From Octopus vulgaris (lineage: Eukaryota): a stretch of DNA of 64,000 bases. Shown here one piece after another: positions 39,356-51,460 of the stretch. The first letter of the stretch is position 1. Each line of letters starts with the position of its first letter. The translations under genes were made by a program, and so were the position numbers. The stretch is from positions 35,278,001 through 35,342,000 of the forward strand of contig OX597830.1 of assembly GCA_951406725.2 (NCBI GenBank). The letters run 5' to 3'. The notes beneath the pieces are model-generated. The model was not told where the DNA came from. It searched no databases and saw only the letters and a program-made list of their open reading frames with translations.

Positions 39356-41114
39356 CACCCACACACATTGTATATATGTGCTTACCTACACAGATATCTG
39401 TAGATGTGCGCACGAAAAAATAAATACTCCTATGATATGTGTTAAGTATGTGTGTGCGTGTTTGTGTGTATGTGTGTGTGCGCGTGAGTGTGTATTTCAG
39501 TGTTCGATAGATGTGTGAGTGTGTAATAAGGAGGGAGGGAGGGAGAGAGGGAGTTGGATGGCGGGAGGTCGGTAGGGAGTGCCAGAGTGAGAAAAACAAG
39601 GACAGACATAGATCTTTCAGGACATCCACTTCTATCCATGATAGTCGAATATAATTTGATTGGTGCCATGAGAAATGCATGAAATTGAGTTTTCATTATT
39701 TTATTTCAATTATTCATTTAATAAGAAATAAAAACAAATGCCAAAAGTAAAAAATATATATATAAATCATGAGATACAGTGATAAATTGAACAGAAAATC
39801 AATCATGTTATACACCAGACTTAGAGTCAACATCAACGATTTTATCTAGATATAGAAAATTATATGTAGATAATGTGAAGCAAATGCTGCGTTACTTATA
39901 TTTATACATATATATATTTATGTATGGGTTGTTTATGTACGTGCGCATGTGTGTGTGTTTGTTTGTGTGTGTGTGTGTGTGTTTATGTATGTGTGTATGG
40001 TATATTTCAGTAGTTTGAATAATATATCAGAGAGTTTGACCTAGGACGTAGTTCTTGTAGCTCTGAAAGCGGATTCTTTGTGAAATGTTTACCGTTTTCT
40101 GATTCAAATGTCGATAAAGGATCTCGTCTCTTATCAGTGTGAATCTCATAATACATAAATTTTGGATGTGAAGAGGCGAGATATTTTGTGACTACTTAGA
40201 TATTTATTTATACACTATATATAAACGGGAGTGAAATACAATTGTGTAAAAATAATTCTGGTTTACTCAATGTCCAATGAATGAAGCAAAGCTCAGAATA
40301 TCGTGTGTAAATAATCACAATGCTTTTCGTATCCGGATGTTTTCTCATAATCCAATCCAGTTCCTGACGACGGTGAGCACTACTGGAGAATCAATTCCAG
40401 TGATTTGGTTCTTATATGATAATTCAACATAAAGGCGCAAAAACTGAGCTCGTTTAATTAAAACGTGAAATTTTGTGTGACCAGCGGAAACTGGTGCTGA
40501 AGAAATGTAAGTATACGGGATGTACAATTTGTCAGGAAGGTGTAACACTTTTGACATTGGAATACGTCGAACTTTTAGGGTTGGTTCGTTCTCTTTGGTC
40601 TCTACTTGGCACCTAAATCTCAGCTATGACTCTTAACTAGTTGTTTACATGCAAGGGAAATCGCACTCGTGTAAACCACTTCGGCTTCAGGGCTAAACCA
40701 GGAGAGGGTAGCCACTTGGTGAGTTGCGGGCTGCATACGTTTGTACGTCAAGACTGAGTCTGGCAGAATCAGCAAAAGAAAAATTCATAGTTCAATGCAG
40801 AGGAAGGCGGCCTTCTAGAGTGGAGAGAGCAAGCTGAGGCAGACAAGACATCTTTCAGTCGTCTCCAACCCTAATCATGTTCACCTAGTCATGCCATTTG
40901 ATGGACGATAGTCAAGGAAGACGGAGTGGAGATGGCGGTGTTGCAGCTTTTCCTCACTTTAAACAAAGTTACTGCGTATTCATCTATCATTTCCAGTATG
41001 ACTAAGTCATCGTCACTCCAACAAACACGCATGTATACAGGTATGTATGTATGTATATATGTATGTATATTTGTGTGTGTGTGTGTGTGTCTGTCTGTGT
41101 CTATGCAGAGTCAC

Positions 41115-41225
41115 CAAATGGCGGAATGGTTAAGAAGTTCGCTACAGAGGCACGATGCACAGGGTTCAGTCCCTGCACGTGGAATATTGGGCAAAAGACA
41201 TTTCATGTTGCTCTGGGTTAGAATA
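41115..41225 (+). mobile_element. SINE family B-like head, diverged
   Basis: tggcggaatggttaagaagttcgct...gggttcagtccctgcacgtggaatattgggcaa. Confidence 0.65.
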
Positions 41226-41481
41226 TCGGAGGATGTGATGTATCTGAAATTAAATATTGCAGCTCTATCACACGTTTTGACACTCTGCTTTGGCTTTAGA
41301 GTTAGGTTAAGAGCGAGTATACATAACTGTGGAACTCTCAACCGCTTACAAGCTAATTCACTGAACAGGTAATTCGATCGTTAATTGAATCCTCATTGCC
41401 GTACACAGCGCTATACATACATACATGTGTGTGTGTATGGATGGATGTATGCGTATGTATATACACAGTATGCGTGCGTGA

Positions 41482-41531
<50 letters not shown>

Positions 41532-41551
41532 AATATAAAGTGGTCACTATA

Positions 41552-41601
<50 letters not shown>

Positions 41602-41602
<1 letters not shown>

Positions 41603-42354
41603 CCACTCAATACACGCCAGATTTTACCATAACGTAAATACGCGTGTGTCATTGATTACATCCGACGTTATAATTCAAATGCCCCAACCAACAGCGCCAA
41701 ACTTTCACGGAAAACAAATACAGCATTAGAAATAATAGCATAATTATAATTAATTAATAAGGGTGAGAAATTAGATACTAATTTAATAGTATATTTATTC
41801 AACAAAGTGCCATGCTCGAGAAACCTGATTATTATAATATTTAAACATATTATAATATTTACAAAAAATATGAAGTGGTCACTATATTGCTCACCTAGCA
41901 CCAGTTAATCAAAAGGTTTCAACCACGAAAATACATGTTTCCATGAAAGTCGACGATTGAGTCACAAGGCAATAAAAATAACAAAAAGATTATTTTGGGA
42001 AATTGTTTGTATTAATGAATAATGTAATTTTACTTACAAAAAATCCATTTGTAGCTCGTCAGAACTATCTGATGTCCACTAATCACAAGTTTTACCATAC
42101 GATAATACGCGTGGTCAATTGATTACATCCGACGTTATAATTCAAATGCCCCAACCAACAGCGCGCAAACTTTCAGGAAAAAAATACAGCATTGAAATAA
42201 TGAGCTAATATAATTAATTAATAGGGTGAGATAATTGATACTAATTTAATAGTATTTATTCAACACCAAGTTAGTGCTGAAAACGATTATTATAATATTT
42301 TATAACATATTATAATAGGTGTTGAATAAAATATATTAATTATTTTCCTTATAA

Positions 42355-42360
<6 letters not shown>
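41602..42360. repeat. ~250-bp direct duplication plus short inverted tail
   Basis: 41602-41857 repeated at 42075-42317 (shared gattacatccgacgttataattcaaatgccccaaccaacagcgc); 42318-42360 is a partial inverse of 42212-42267. Confidence 0.9.
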
Positions 42361-42410
<50 letters not shown>

Positions 42411-42874
42411 TTAAATGTAAGTCCTTTTTCTCTTTTCAGTTTAGAGTAAATTTTGACCGACCACATACTTGGTAGCAACCTTGGAAAGGAAAGCATCCTT
42501 TATTCATCATCCTTTAAATCTTAAAAAAGGGTCTTGCAGATTTTTAGTCCCAGCTTTCATCATCATCTGTAGAGTATGAAGTAAGAATTTGCGTTCTCTC
42601 CCCAAGAAAGAAAGTTCAGCTATAAGTTGCTCCAGAAGAGTTGGACCATATATGCTGAAACTCCAATAATAATAATAGGTATGAAGATAAAAGTATTTCT
42701 TCAATCCTGGATTTGCAAACACCTTACCAATGCTCCATAAATGTTCCATTTTCTCTAAGTCTGTAAGTGTGTTCTCTTCTGTTTTAAATTATTTACATTT
42801 TTTCCTTCGAGGAAGGTTAGTAACAAAGATAAAATGTTCCATCGTCGGAATATAGATAACAAAAACAGCATCAC

Positions 42875-43305
42875 CCTTAAGTTTGAATAAAGTCTTTCCT
42901 ATTTTCACTGTTCTACTTAAAAATTGTATAAGTAACGTGCGAGTTAGTTGATGGATGTCTTTTTCTGAAATCTCTAGCTTTTCCAGATTATAACTTCGGC
43001 ATTTACTCCCAAAACTAAGTGCACCAATTATAATTGGATTGTAATTGTCCTTTTTCTTCTTGATTTTCAAGACGATATTCACATCAGCAAGACTGCCAAT
43101 CTGCTAGACGGTATATACTTTTATTTGTCTGCTCCAAACAACTACATCCGGCCTGTTATATTGAGACTTGATAAATGTTTCGATGGGAATGTTCCAGCAG
43201 CATTCCTTGTGTTGTTGTTTGCGTATATATTCAATAACAATGGGGTCCTCTATATTTATTCCAGGACAGTCTTTCTTCCGAATGGTATTGTATAGTGCCA
43301 CATAC
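42875..43305 (-). pseudogene. RLE-type LINE (R4/Dong-like) endonuclease relic
   Basis: VALYNTIRKK...CCWNIPIET..K..YNRPDVVVW, then PIIIGAL and TVKIGKTLFK: PD-(D/E)xK restriction-like endonuclease region. Confidence 0.8.
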
Positions 43306-44459
43306 AAATATATATAGGTATGCGTGTATGTATGTGTATATGTGTATGTGTGTGTGTACGTATGTATCTATCTACACATAATAAACATTCCATTTTAGAT
43401 TTTCAAATCGCCTTTAATTGTCTGTAGATTGTCTAGCATGTTGCATAATAGTTGGCAATATTAAAAAAGTAACACTCCTCACGATAAAATATTTTATTGC
43501 TTCAATGAAATTTTGCACAAAGTAAGCCGTCAAAATATCAACAAAGAGTGACACTTTTTTCATATATGAAATTATAGAAAACGTAAAGATAATATTAAAC
43601 ATACAGTAGATGGACAGTTGACAAAAACAGTTAGGTTCATACAAATTAAATTGCTAACGTAAATAGATACTATAAATATAGAGTAAAATAAACCGTAATA
43701 TCTCCTTGAATAAAAAATAGGAATGACTTTTAGGAATTTAAGCACCAATTAGTCAAGAAAGAAAATGAAAATTACCACTTCAAATGAAATAACATGGCTA
43801 ACAGTCATCAGATATACAATTGCTTCAGTCATTAACTCTCATTCTTTTTTCATGTATGGAATAATGGTGAACAACCAAACTAATCACTGGTTGCTTCACA
43901 ATGCAATTTCTTAAAAGCTTGTTTCATAAGACAAAATATTGAATAAATTACAATTCTTTACTTTGTATGAATAACGGTACTTTTATGGGGAAATATTATG
44001 AATAAAAAGTTATTCAAGACGCTGAAGTATTAACTTGGATTTTCAAAAGTCTTACATCATATTCATGTTGTGTTCCCTATATTCGGCGAAATTAGAAGTT
44101 TGGAATTGAAATTCGGGAATAAGAAAACGATACATAGAAATCATACTTACTTTCATTTATTTTCTAAGTTCGTCATACAAATTATTATCTTTAAATTTGT
44201 GGTGCACGTTTCGGCCGTTTCTGAGTTACGCCATTGCAAAGATGGAGCCTGACTTGTATTTTCTCATATTAGTCGCTTATACGCTGTTTCTACCCTTTTA
44301 ATTGCACCACGGTCTGACAGCATTTAGAGCAAATGTATTTTGCAACAGATTCGCTTCACGGAGTCCGTTGCAAGCAAAACAGAATAGACAGCCATATAAA
44401 GACGCCCTTCGATTATCCTTAATGTAATTCATTGACACGCTGATTCTTCCTGAGATATA

Positions 44460-44676
44460 CGATGGGGTGCTGAAATTTTCCTGGCTTTAGATACAAGAAA
44501 TTACAGGAGAATCAGTTAATTATGATTCTATTCAACATATTCCTCTCTCAGATTTACACACTTGTTGCAGCGGTCCTTTAGTTTTTCTAAGCCCAGTAAA
44601 AGAACACGGAAGGTTAGACCTCCACATAGGCCTTTCGTGATGTCCTTCAGGCTAGAAAATTTTCAGTACGTACTCC
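44460..44676 (-). mobile_element. Mariner-derived MITE
   Basis: TA-CGATGGGGTGCTGAAATTTTCCTGGCTT at the left, degenerate inverse aggctagaaaattttcagtac at the right; interior minus strand encodes GLEKLKDRCNKCVNLREEYVE*, a mariner C-terminus. Confidence 0.78.
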
Positions 44677-44684
44677 TACACTAC

Positions 44685-44790
44685 GTACACTTGTCTGTGG
44701 AATACACAATCACATGCACGTTAATTTAACGAGTATATAGTTCAACTGGTCTACCAGTAAAAACCTTCGCCGATGAAACCAATAGGGAAT
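44685..44790 (+). mobile_element. SINE family C tail fragment
   Basis: tgtctgtggaatacacaatcacatgcacgttaatttaacgag is the inverse of the family C tail at 36520-36560. Confidence 0.65.
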
Positions 44791-44834
44791 CCAAGGACCC
44801 CCATCTTCTTTAAATTATTATTGTCATTGACATT

Positions 44835-45010
44835 AAGGCGAGCTGGTAAAAACGATAGCACTCCGGGCGAAATGTTTAGCGGTATTTCGTCTGCCGTTAC
44901 GTTCTGAGTTCAAATTCCGCCGAGGTGGACTTTGCCTTTTATCCTTTCGGGGTGGATAAATTAAGTACTAGTTGCGAATTAGAGTCGATCTAATCGACTG
45001 CCCCCCTCCC
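44835..45010 (+). mobile_element. SINE family A monomer
   Basis: aaggcgagctggtaaaaacg...gttctgagttcaaattccgccgagg...tcctttcgggg...aattaagtac. Confidence 0.9.
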
Positions 45011-45514
45011 ATACGTACGTAAATACATGCATACATACATGCATACGTACGTACATACATACATACATACATACATACATACATACACACATACATACAT
45101 ACATACATACATACATACATACATACATACATACATACATACATACATACATACATACATACATACATACATACTACAGATCCAATCCATTACTGAAATT
45201 GTAAAAATCTGTAAAACTTTCCAGAAATTTATCATTTAAATATACATGAGCATGTCTAGATATGCAACTATGTGCATGGTAATACATACATAAAACATAC
45301 AAATCTGCACATACATACATACATACAAACGTAACTACCCTGTTGTTGATGTTGCAATTCCAATGAAGAAGCCTTGGATCTAGGTTAGAAACAGTTCCTT
45401 TCTCTATTGGCAAAAAATCTTGAAATAAACTGAATAATAACACACATGCATATATACATACACTCAGCAATGTAACTGCACGCGTGCCGTTGGCAATTTT
45501 GTTTCCTCTGGACT

Positions 45515-45625
45515 TTCGCTTTCTTCAGACGAAGAGCTATGCTCGAAACGTTGAACTCTCCCTTTTCACCGAACGTGAAGCTAGTACGTTTCTTGTGCAC
45601 GTCCACACGTTCGTTTGTACTCGCC
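45515..45625 (+). mobile_element. Dispersed repeat with hammerhead-like motif (probable PLE pLTR fragment)
   Basis: CAGACGA-A-GAGC TAT GCTC-GAAA-CGTT; homologous to the inverse of 16324-16435. Confidence 0.5.
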
Positions 45626-46394
45626 TTTTCATTCGTTTATTTGAATTACTTGTATATTTGAATTGACGAAATATATATACATATATAGATAGATAGATAC
45701 ATACATAGATACATATAGATATAGATAGATAAGTATTTATATATGTACATTTATATGTGTGTGTGTGTGTTTCTGTGTATATGTGTATACACACACGCAT
45801 AACTATATTGATATTTATTATCTAGCTCATTTTATATTTATGCATCCATGTGTGTTCATGTTTTTGCATCTGCTTTCTTTTTAAGTAATGAATTTATCTC
45901 TCTAACTGTATATGTTTCTTTCTCTGTAGATCCACATACATACATGCATACATACGTGTGCATATATAAATGTATTTATATACACACACACACCTATGTA
46001 TGTAAAAATATATATACATATATATGTTTATATATATAGTAATAATTAATTCTTCTCCCTTCAAGCTAAATTGCTGCTGGTGTGCCATATCTGTCCAGGT
46101 TTTGATTTATTTTTCTGTATTTAAATTTTTTTTAGAAATTACATTCACTATTTCTTTTTGAGCAAGAGTGACAAATATTTTTATCCAATGATTAATTCAT
46201 ATATTTCGAATATAAATAATTAAAAAAAAAAAGGAATGTTGTAAATATATGCATTTATGTACGTTTATATGTGTATATACATATGTATTTATGCATGTAT
46301 ATATAATGTAGTTTCAAAGTACAATTTTAATGAATATTGTCACAAACAAAGAAATAAAATTGTATACACATATATATCATATATATACATACAT

Positions 46395-46458
<64 letters not shown>

Positions 46459-46560
46459 GCATAGATATAAATAAATTTTCAGTATATGTGTGTATGGTTA
46501 ACATATATATGATAGAGTGATAAAACGATACATACTTATACATAATATACATACTTATAC

Positions 46561-46602
<42 letters not shown>

Positions 46603-47107
46603 ATATACTATATACCAGAACAGAAAGTATTTGTTAAAACATGGGTGAAATTTAGTATAAATTTATGTGTTCAGATTAATATTTTCTTGTTATGTAGGCA
46701 ATATATTCTAATATATTTAAAAGCTAGTGCGTACTAGAATTTTCCTATAATAAATATTGAAATATAACCACTAAGGTTTCCACTAAGTTATATTTATCAC
46801 TGAATGATTTCGGGAAACTATCCGAACATAAAAAGCTAGTATTACAGAGGTGATTATTTTCCTTTAATTGGTATTTTATAGATGTAGAAAAAATGCAAAG
46901 CCACATCGAAAGCGAAGTGTTTATACGTCTGTTAAAAAATTGTCACAATTTGTAGTTTGGTATTGACTGTTGAGCTATGTCAATTCTCTCCCACGAAATT
47001 GTTCACTCTCATTCTTGTGTTCTTTTACTGGTTTGCCCTCATTTATGCGAACTTCAATTAAAATTCTTAATAATCTTTCTCGGTTCCATCGCTTTCGTGT
47101 TAAATAT

Positions 47108-47705
47108 TTATTTCTTTATTGCCTACAATGGGATAAACATAATGGGGACAAACAAAGGGATTAAGTCGATTACATCGACCCCAATGCGTCACTGGTACTT
47201 ATTTAATCGAGCCCGAAAGAATGAAACACAAAGTCGACCTCAGCGGAATTTGAACTCAGAACGTAGCGCCAGATGAAATACCTATTTCTTTACTACCCAC
47301 AAGGGGCTAAACACAGAGAGGACAAACAAGGACAGGCAAACAGTTTCAGTCGATTATATCGACCCGAGTGCGTCACTGGTACTTATTTAATAGACCTCGG
47401 AAGGATGAAAGGCAAAGTCGACCTCGGCGGAATTTTAACTCAGAACGTAGCGGCAGATGAAATAACTATTTCTTTACTACTCACAAGGGGATAAATACAG
47501 AAGGGACAAACAAGGACAGACAAACGGATTAAATCGATTACATTTACCCCAGTGCCTAACTGGAACTTAATTTATCGACCCCGAAAGAATGGAAGACAAA
47601 GTCGACCCCGGCGGAATTTGAACCCAGAACGTAACGGCAGACGAAATACACGGCTACGCATTTCGCCCGACGTGCTAACGTTTCTGCCAGCTCGCCGCCT
47701 TAAAC
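47108..47705 (-). mobile_element. Trimeric SINE family A insertion with 23-bp TSD
   Basis: Three tandem units; flanks tccatcgctttcgtgttaaatat (47085-47107) and tccatcgccttcgtgttaaatat (47706-47728). Confidence 0.92.
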
Positions 47706-48179
47706 TCCATCGCCTTCGTGTTAAATATCAACCGATATCTCTCAAACACTTAAATAACTCATCGGATTAAAAACGGGAACTCTTTGTGCGTTCAGTGTTC
47801 AGGCATGGCAACCATTCTTCCGTCGAGATAAACGCCTTCACACATATAGTTGTGTGTGTGTGTACGTGTGCGTGTTTCTAAGTGTGCACACGCGCTTTAG
47901 TGCGCACAATTTCTGGAGTAAATTTTTCATATAACTGAGAAAACGTCATCCTTTTACGCATCAGCAAAGTAGAACAAGTCTTATTTATTTACTTAGAGAA
48001 ATAATTAGGATTAGCTCTGGTCCAGAGATCGAGAGAAGAGATGAATAATTATTGCTTAGTCTTTCCAGTCTAAGTACAAGGCGGACAAGAAAGCTGAAGT
48101 AACTAAAGTTGATGAACTGCATTTCTATACACAGGTCTTCGACAAAATATACGGGCTTTTGATTGAAATATCGGGAGGT

Positions 48180-48758
48180 TGTTGATTGAAGATATTGTGT
48201 GTACCGAAGGTTTGTACTGTTTGTCAAGTAGCAACAAGGACCTCAGACAGACAGTGCTTTACGCAATATGCGTGCAGTTCCAAGTAATGCCGACTTTTAT
48301 TATACACCTGGATTGTAGGGCATTTCTGAAGTTTTCATATGTCTTTTCAGATTGGGTGGTATTGAGCCCAATGCTCCGATGACAATAGGGGTAACATTTA
48401 TGCTTGAATCTTGTAGCTGCCTCATCTTAGCGATCTCAATCCTCAGGTCCCCATATTTATCAACCTTTTCTCTTTCTTTCATGATATGTTGATCTCCTGG
48501 TACTGCCACCTCAATTATTAGGAACTCTTGTTTGTCCTTCCTAAAGGTTACTATATCCGGCTTTCGGTATTCTAATACCTTGTATGTCCGGAAGTCAAAG
48601 TCCCAGAAGAATGTTGCCTTCCCCTTTTCGTCCGTTACCTTTTCTGGTGTAAGTTGGTACCAAACACCCGCAACCTCATATCCATATTTACGGCATAGTA
48701 GCCAGTGGAGGTTTCGGGCTACCTTGTCGTGTCTACGCTTGTACGTTTCTGCGCAAGA
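48180..48758 (-). pseudogene. 5'-truncated R4/Dong-like LINE (RLE domain + 3' UTR)
   Basis: YKRRHDKVARNLHWLLCRKYG...FFWDFDFRT...RKPDIV...IIEVAVPGD...KVDKYGDL...PIVIGALG...KSALLGTARILRKALSV*. Confidence 0.92.
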
Positions 48759-48759
48759 C

Positions 48760-48953
<194 letters not shown>

Positions 48954-49288
48954 TTATCTCCACCTTAGCGAAGGCAGAGGTATTGTTTTCAGTCGTGATT
49001 TTTTTTTCTGGTTGGATTCCGATGAAAGTTTCTGGGATGTTTGGCCTCATGACTGGCACGAACTGATTAAATTTTGGGATCGATCTGATACCGGACCATG
49101 ATTCTGGAATATTTTTCCTGTTTTTTTACTTAATTTTTGAGAGCAATCGGGTTCATTTTTAGTATTCTCGTTTGTGAGAGCACTCGAGATTATTTCAGAT
49201 ATTCTCATTTTAAAAGTCACCTCCGGCAAATCATTGAGACAACGTTGGTGTTGCCTTTGCGGAGGTTCGCTCTCTGAGTGCTCTTGTT
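48954..49288 (-). mobile_element. Helentron/DINE-like element, second copy
   Basis: Reverse complement of 35897-36244 (gggatgtttggcctcatgactggcacga, ttttgggatcgatc, gttggtgttgcctttgcggaggtt). Confidence 0.65.
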
Positions 49289-49295
49289 GTTGTTG

Positions 49296-49359
<64 letters not shown>

Positions 49360-50021
49360 AATATTTTTATCAGATATGATTGTTCTTTGAAAGCAGTATA
49401 TGTTGGAGAGAGAACTTGTTGCTAATTTTGGTTGATTGGCTGGTCGAATGTCTACTTTTTGTCGGTAGTGATGATGATGATGATGATGATGGTGTTCAAG
49501 GTGTTAGAGTAAAGATAGGGGTCATGAATTCAGTCAACTTCACAAGAAATATAGCTAATGATTATATATTTCATATAATCAAGAATACACTTCCTTGTGT
49601 GTGTGTGTTTCTTCTTTAATTTTTTGTATGTATGTGTGTGTGAAATTATGAAACTTCAAAATTATGCGTGTATAGAGAAAAACAACAACCAAAAGCTTAA
49701 AAAAATTCTAGACAAGTTTCTTACGTATATGTTTTCAGTGAGGAGAAAAATACCCATCATTTATATTTTATATCACTTGTGTGACAGATAAATATATTAA
49801 TTTTAAATAGTATTTTACATAGTGGACATAAAATATTTTATGATTGAACGCGATATTGTTTTTTTTCTTTTGGTTCGTTTCTGTTTTTTATTCAGACATG
49901 CGCGTTAGGGCACAAAAACAAAATGAGTATGAGATAGACAGCAGAGATAATAACTGTCATACACTACCATACATAGAATAATAGAAAGATAGAGAGAGGA
50001 TGATGGAGTGGTAGTAAGAGT

Positions 50022-50090
<69 letters not shown>

Positions 50091-50667
50091 TAAGGGAGAA
50101 AAAATAACATGACCGAGAACATTCTCACTCCTTAAAAAAATTGTTTGCACAACTCTCACTCATTCACATCAACATACACACTTACGCATGTCAGAAATAC
50201 GCGCACATACACATCGATACATATACATACACACACATAGGGAGAGAGAGAGAAACAGTGAAAGAGAAAGAGATGTACTGTTAGCGTGCGTATGTATGTG
50301 TATGCCCCTTTGACTGTGTGGGTTGCGTGTGTGGGTTTAAACTTGTGTATATTATACCAATGAATGTTATATACTACGACTTATATCCGAACACACACGC
50401 ATATATACATACATGCAATTGTATGTGATGTGTATGTATATATGCATATGAATATAATTACACGTGTATATAAATCACTATACAGGTATAAATATGCATA
50501 TATCTATATGTATGTATATAAACACGCACACAAATGCATATCATATATGCCTATATACACACATTTACATATATATATATGTGTGCTTATATATGCATAT
50601 ATAAATACAGAAACATATATATAAACAATGTAAATTAAGCATATTAACATATATACGTATATGTTTT

Positions 50668-50704
<37 letters not shown>

Positions 50705-51337
50705 GCATATATGTATGTCTGTGTGTGCATGCATATGTGTGTGCATGTGCTTGCATGTATGGATATGTATACACGCATATATACACATGTACAGCAGTAT
50801 AAAAGAAGGCGAGTGAACGTAAGAAAAGCAGAAACAACAGCGATATTATATCGATAAGAGGAGAAAATGAGAATCAAAGAAAGAAATTGAATTTAACAGC
50901 ATGGCTCCAGTGATGAATGAATCTAGACTGGAATATATATATTTACTGACAAAAATAACAAGATTAAAGAATTCTGGAGTATCTTGTAGAATATTCCATT
51001 GTTTCTTTGTTTGTTGGTTTGTCTGTTTTAGGCATTATCATGGTTTTTACTTAGGTTGTGGTTTATGTCATATTTCATGGGAGAGGATAGGAGAGGGGAA
51101 ATAATTCTAAGTAGTGTTTTGCTGTTGCTGCTGTTTTTTTTTTGTGTTGGTTTTGTTGAGGTGATATAAACAAATATAACAGAGAATATCAACCTAGAGT
51201 TTTGGTTATTAATGGCAAGTTTATATCTTTTCGCTTATACGCATGTGTTTCTGTATCGATGTTTGTATATTTGTACATAGACACACGTATGTATATGAAT
51301 TTACGTTTATGTGTTTGTGTATGTAAATACTTAAATG

Positions 51338-51460
51338 TAAACAAGAGTGAAGAAAAGAGAGTATTCGATACTGGAAGTTTAATGATATAATTTATTGCAA
51401 GCCAAGCTGAAACTTCACAATTTCCTACTCAGAGTTCGTCGTTGCCGATCTTCGGAAATC
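51338..51460 (-). mobile_element. Diverged relative of the 7135-7257 pLTR/hammerhead repeat
   Basis: aaacaagagtgaagaaaagagagtattcgatac...tactcagagttcgtcgttgccgatcttcgga aligns with aaacaaggtggaaaaaagagtactcaaatac...tactctgagtttctcgttgccgttcatcaga. Confidence 0.65.

Noticed and set aside
40360-40930. GC-richer island, possibly a LINE 5' UTR or exon
   Set aside because: No interpretable translation and no second copy in the window; left unassigned.
42480-42790. 80-aa minus-strand ORF next to the RLE relic
   Set aside because: No recognisable family motif; probably decayed TE sequence.
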